From assembly GCA_964016885.1 (NCBI GenBank), contig OZ024740.1:375534001-375598000 (forward strand): a stretch of 64,000 bases of DNA. Reading direction: 5' to 3'. The stretch comes from Eledone cirrhosa. Lineage: Eukaryota. This document shows, piece after piece, positions 60,199-64,000 of this stretch (positions are counted from its first letter, which is position 1; every line of letters begins with the position of its first letter). A program made the translations under genes and the position numbers. Under the pieces are notes generated by a model, which worked only from the letters and a program-made list of their open reading frames with translations, was not told the DNA's origin and did not search any database.

Positions 60199-60529
60199 AG
60201 TGGAGCATGAGAACAATTACGCGCAAAGACAAAACCACGTTTATGGTATAACTGAAGTCGTAGACTAAAATTCTATCTAGGAAACCGGATGTTTCCCGGC
60301 TTCAGAGTTAAGAATAATGTAAATAAATTACAGAGGTAATTGATATCAACAAAAATTAAATATGTACATGCACGCATCCATATACGTGTGTAATATGTGT
60401 ACTTTGCGTTTTGGTTGACGTTGGTTTAGCGAACATATGTGTATTTACATGTAGGTTGTGTGTGCGCGCGTTATATACGTATTTATGTGTGTATATTTAT
60501 ATTCGTTTATATAATTATATGTATACATG

Positions 60530-60560
<31 letters not shown>

Positions 60561-61039
60561 TTTTTATATATATGTTTTTGTATATTTGGGGTATACGTTC
60601 GTATGTGTGCGTTTACCGGCGTTGCGTGGGTTCTGTATGTGCGTGCGTATTTTTTGTGTACGTGCTTGTATTTGCATACCAATGGCGGGTGTTTTCGCGT
60701 ATGCTTGTGTATGTATGTATGGATGCGTGCATGTATATATTTAATTTTTGATGATTTCAATTACCTCTGTAATATATTTACATTATTCTTAACTCTGAAG
60801 CCGAGAATCATTCGGTTTACTAAATAGAATTTTAGTCTACGATTTCGTTTATACCATAAACGTGGTTTTGTCTTTGCGTTTAATTGTTTTCACTGCTCCA
60901 AATAATGACGTATTATCTTCATTTTTTTCTGTTCTTTACCACGTAACGTTTCCACGAACCAAAGTATCGTCTTCCTGTCTTCCTTCTGTTGCAACGTTTT
61001 TCGAAATATTTACTTGTGTGTTCACAGATTGATTTTTTT

Positions 61040-61090
61040 AGTTTCAGAAGATCCCGTTAATGGTGAAAGCAGCGATTCTTTGCTTAAACT
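61040..61090 (+). ncRNA. Hammerhead-like fold with variant core (CAGAAGA)
   Basis: agttt-CAGAAGA-tcccgttaatggt-GAAA-gca...tgc-TT-aaact. Confidence 0.5.
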
Positions 61091-61699
61091 CTAATATGTT
61101 ATTTTAATATATATATATATATATATATTTATTAAAATAAAAGATTAAAGTTTAAGCAAGGAATCGCTGCTTTCAGCCTTAACGGGGTCTTCTTAAACTA
61201 ACAAAGTCAATCTGTGAAGGCAGAAGTGAATATTTTAAAAAACGTTGCAACCGGTGGAAGACAGGAAAACGATTCTTTGGTTCATGGAAACGTTCTCTGG
61301 CAAGGAACGGGAAAAAACGAATATAATACATCATTATTTGGAGCAGTGAAAAACAATTACACGCAAAGACAAAACCACGTTTATGGTATAAAAGAAGTCG
61401 TAGACTAATATTCTATTAGGTGGTTCATAGAGACGTTGTCTGGCAATGAACGGAAAAAACGAAGATAATATGTCATATGTGGAGCGGAGAGAACAGTTGC
61501 ACGCAAAGACAAAACCACGTAAATGGTATAACTGAAGTCGTAGTCTAACATTCTAACTAGGAAACCGAATGATTCTCGGCTTCAGAGTTAAGAATAAAGT
61601 AAATAAAATACAGAGGTAATTGAAATTAAATAAATACATACAAACATCCATATACGTACATACACAAACATACGCGAAAACACTCTCCGTAGGAACACA

Positions 61700-62125
61700 T
61701 GCAACCCAGGTGTTAGTACTAACTGTAATTGTAGGAATCGGGCTGATTGCCCCCTATCCGGGATTTGCCTCACTAGTAACATTGTCTACATAGGGTTAAC
61801 CGCCAATAGTTTCAAGCAGCGTCTTTACATGCATACCCATTCTTTTCGTTACCCTCTAAGAAGGAATATGACGTCACTTTCAGCTTATATCTGGAGTCTA
61901 AAAGACAACCACATCCAATATAACTTACACTGGCAGATCCTAGCTAGGGCTAGATCGTATAACGGAAATAAAAGACCATGTGACTTCTGCGCCGCTGAGG
62001 CCCTGGAAATACTCTACGCCACAGACCATATCTTAAACAAAAAATCTGAGGCAATTTCGGCTTGTAAACATAAATTGCACAAAACTTTCCTGTATTACAG
62101 CCCCACGTCATACCCTAACGGATAG
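61700..62125 (+). pseudogene. GIY-YIG endonuclease C-terminal fragment of a PLE (Naiad-like)
   Basis: In frame: NCNCRNRADCPLSGICLTSNIVYIGLTANSFKQRLYMH...TSLSAYIWSLK...WQILARA...CDFCAAE...LNKKSE...CKH. Confidence 0.8.
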
Positions 62126-63051
62126 TACGATCTATACGTGGATATTTTACGTCTTGATGTGGGAGCTAAGTATATGTTTGTTTATTCCTTTACTTATTTG
62201 CATAGGTAAGTATATTTTACCCGTATGTTTTGTGAAAGTACGTATACTTTCTCGTACGTATATTTGATTGTTATGGCGTATAATTTTATATATTCTGGTA
62301 CATATGGTTTGGCTATGTGTATACGGGAGTTTTGCGTCTGTGTGAGTATGCAGTTCGTACGTATGGTGCGTGTGTGTATATGCGTACTTCATGTTTTAGT
62401 TGACTTACGTCTCAGAACATTCGTGTATTTATATATAGGTATGTGTGTGCGCTTGTTATATACGTATTTATTTATTTATATACGTTTATATAATTATTTA
62501 TTTATTTGTATACACGCATACACACACACACATATTTATATGTGCGTGGTTTTGTATACCTATGGTAAGTTTTTGCGTATGCTTGTGTATGTACGTATTT
62601 GTTTGCGTGTATGTATTTATTTATTTCTATTACTTCTGTATTGTATTTATTTACTTTGTTCTTAACTCTGTAGCGGAGATTCATTTGGTCTCCTAGTTAG
62701 AATTTTAGTCTACGACTTCTGCTATACCATTTACGTGGTTGTGTTTTTGCGTGCTATTGTTCTCCACGCTTCACATATGACGTATTATCTTCGTTTTTTC
62801 GTTCATTGCCAGAGAACGTCACTATGCACCACCTAAGGGAACAATAGTCTATGGTCTCTTTCATACCATATGACGTGGTTCTGTCTTTGCGCGTAATTGT
62901 TTTTCACCGCTCCTATTAAAGACGTATTATTCGTTCTTTCCCGTTCTTTGCAGGCGAACGTTTCCACGAACCAAAGTATCGTCTTCCTGTCTTCCTCCGG
63001 TTGCAACGTTTTTTGAAATATCCAGTTCTGCGTTTACAGATTGACTTTGTT

Positions 63052-63102
63052 AGTTTCAGAAGATCCCGTTAAGGGTGAAAGCAGCGATTCTTTGCTTAAA
63101 CT
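63052..63102 (+). ncRNA. Hammerhead-like fold with variant core; further copies on the minus strand at 59708-59758, 61149-61199 and 63418-63468
   Basis: agttt-CAGAAGA-tccc-gttaa-gggt-GAAA-gca-gcgattctt-tgc-TT-aaact: stem I agttt/aaact, stem II ccc/ggg, stem III gca/tgc. Confidence 0.55.
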
Positions 63103-64000
63103 TTAATCTGTTATTTTAATAAATATTTGCTCTACGGTTCTTATATATTTGATATATATTTATCCTTATCGAGCCCTCTTTGGATTTTAGTCTTCAAATT
63201 TATTATGATTACTATCTATAAATATATATATATATTTATATTTATTAATATATATTTATATTTATTAATATATATATCTATATATATATATATATATCTA
63301 TATCTATATATATATATATCTATATATATATATCTATATATATATATATCTATATATCTATATCTATATATATATATCTATATATATATATTTATATTTA
63401 TTAAAATAACAGATTAAAGTTTAAGCAAAGAATCACTGCTTTCACCCTTAACGGGATCTTCTTAAACTAACAAAGTCAATCTGTAAACGCAGAAGTGGAT
63501 ATTTCAAAAAACGTTGCAACCGGAGGAAGATAGGAAGACGATTCTTTGGTTCGTGGAAACGTTCCCTGGCAAAGAACGGGAAAAAAACGAATATAATACG
63601 TCATTAATAGGAGCGGTGAAAAACAATTACGCACAAAGACAGAACCACGTTTATGGTATAAAAGAAGTCGTAGACTAATGTTCTGTTAGGTGGTTCATAG
63701 AGACGTTCTCTGGCATTGAACGGATAAACCGAAGATTATACGTCATATGTGGAGCGTGGAGAACAATGACACGCAAAGACAAAACCACGTAAATGGCATA
63801 GCTGACGTCGTAGACTAAATTTTAACTAGGAAACCGAATGAATCTCCGCTTCAGAGTTAAGAATAAAGTAAATAAATACAATACAGAGGAAATAGAAATT
63901 AAATAAATGCATACGCACATGCAAATACGTATATACACAAGCATATGCAAAACACTTTCCATAGATATACAAAACCACGCACATATAAATATATGTCTGT

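Larger units (their letters stand above)
59574..64000. repeat. Array of five ~0.6-0.8 kb units in alternating orientation (PLE pLTR-like)
   Basis: Units at ~59574-60385, 60390-61107 (opposite), 61127-61685, 62370-63212 (opposite) and 63396-64000; TA tracts at the tail-to-tail junctions. Confidence 0.9.

Noticed and set aside
61700-62125. Selenocysteine recoding as reported for some Naiad elements
   Set aside because: No in-frame TGA at Cys positions in this fragment.

Overview
AT-rich, gene-poor eukaryotic DNA; the SINE/LINE/microsatellite content is most consistent with a cephalopod (Octopus-like) genome, which is an inference. No host protein-coding gene, tRNA or rRNA was recognised, and most short ORFs are microsatellite translations. 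The window is a mosaic of transposon remnants among long (TA)n/(CA)n tracts: three related Penelope-like elements (PLEs; RT + GIY-YIG, Neptune-type Cys knuckle), one nearly intact; fragments of a second, probably Naiad-type PLE lineage; a decayed Rep/PIF1 Helitron with exactly definable ends; a non-autonomous Helitron; several L1/Tx1-like, CR1-like and RTE-like LINE fragments; and tRNA-derived SINEs. Three things stand out. (1) About 20 type I hammerhead-ribozyme-like motifs were folded by eye, many inside short non-coding fold-back elements embedded in (TA)n, suggesting a population of non-autonomous ribozyme-bearing PLE derivatives. (2) All three Neptune-like elements carry a hammerhead with a compensatory U3-A8 core. 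(3) Two of these PLEs have a two-ORF layout joined at a conserved T TTT TTA G, a candidate -1 ribosomal frameshift site or splice acceptor. Coordinates of degenerate elements are approximate, and no folding or homology search was run.
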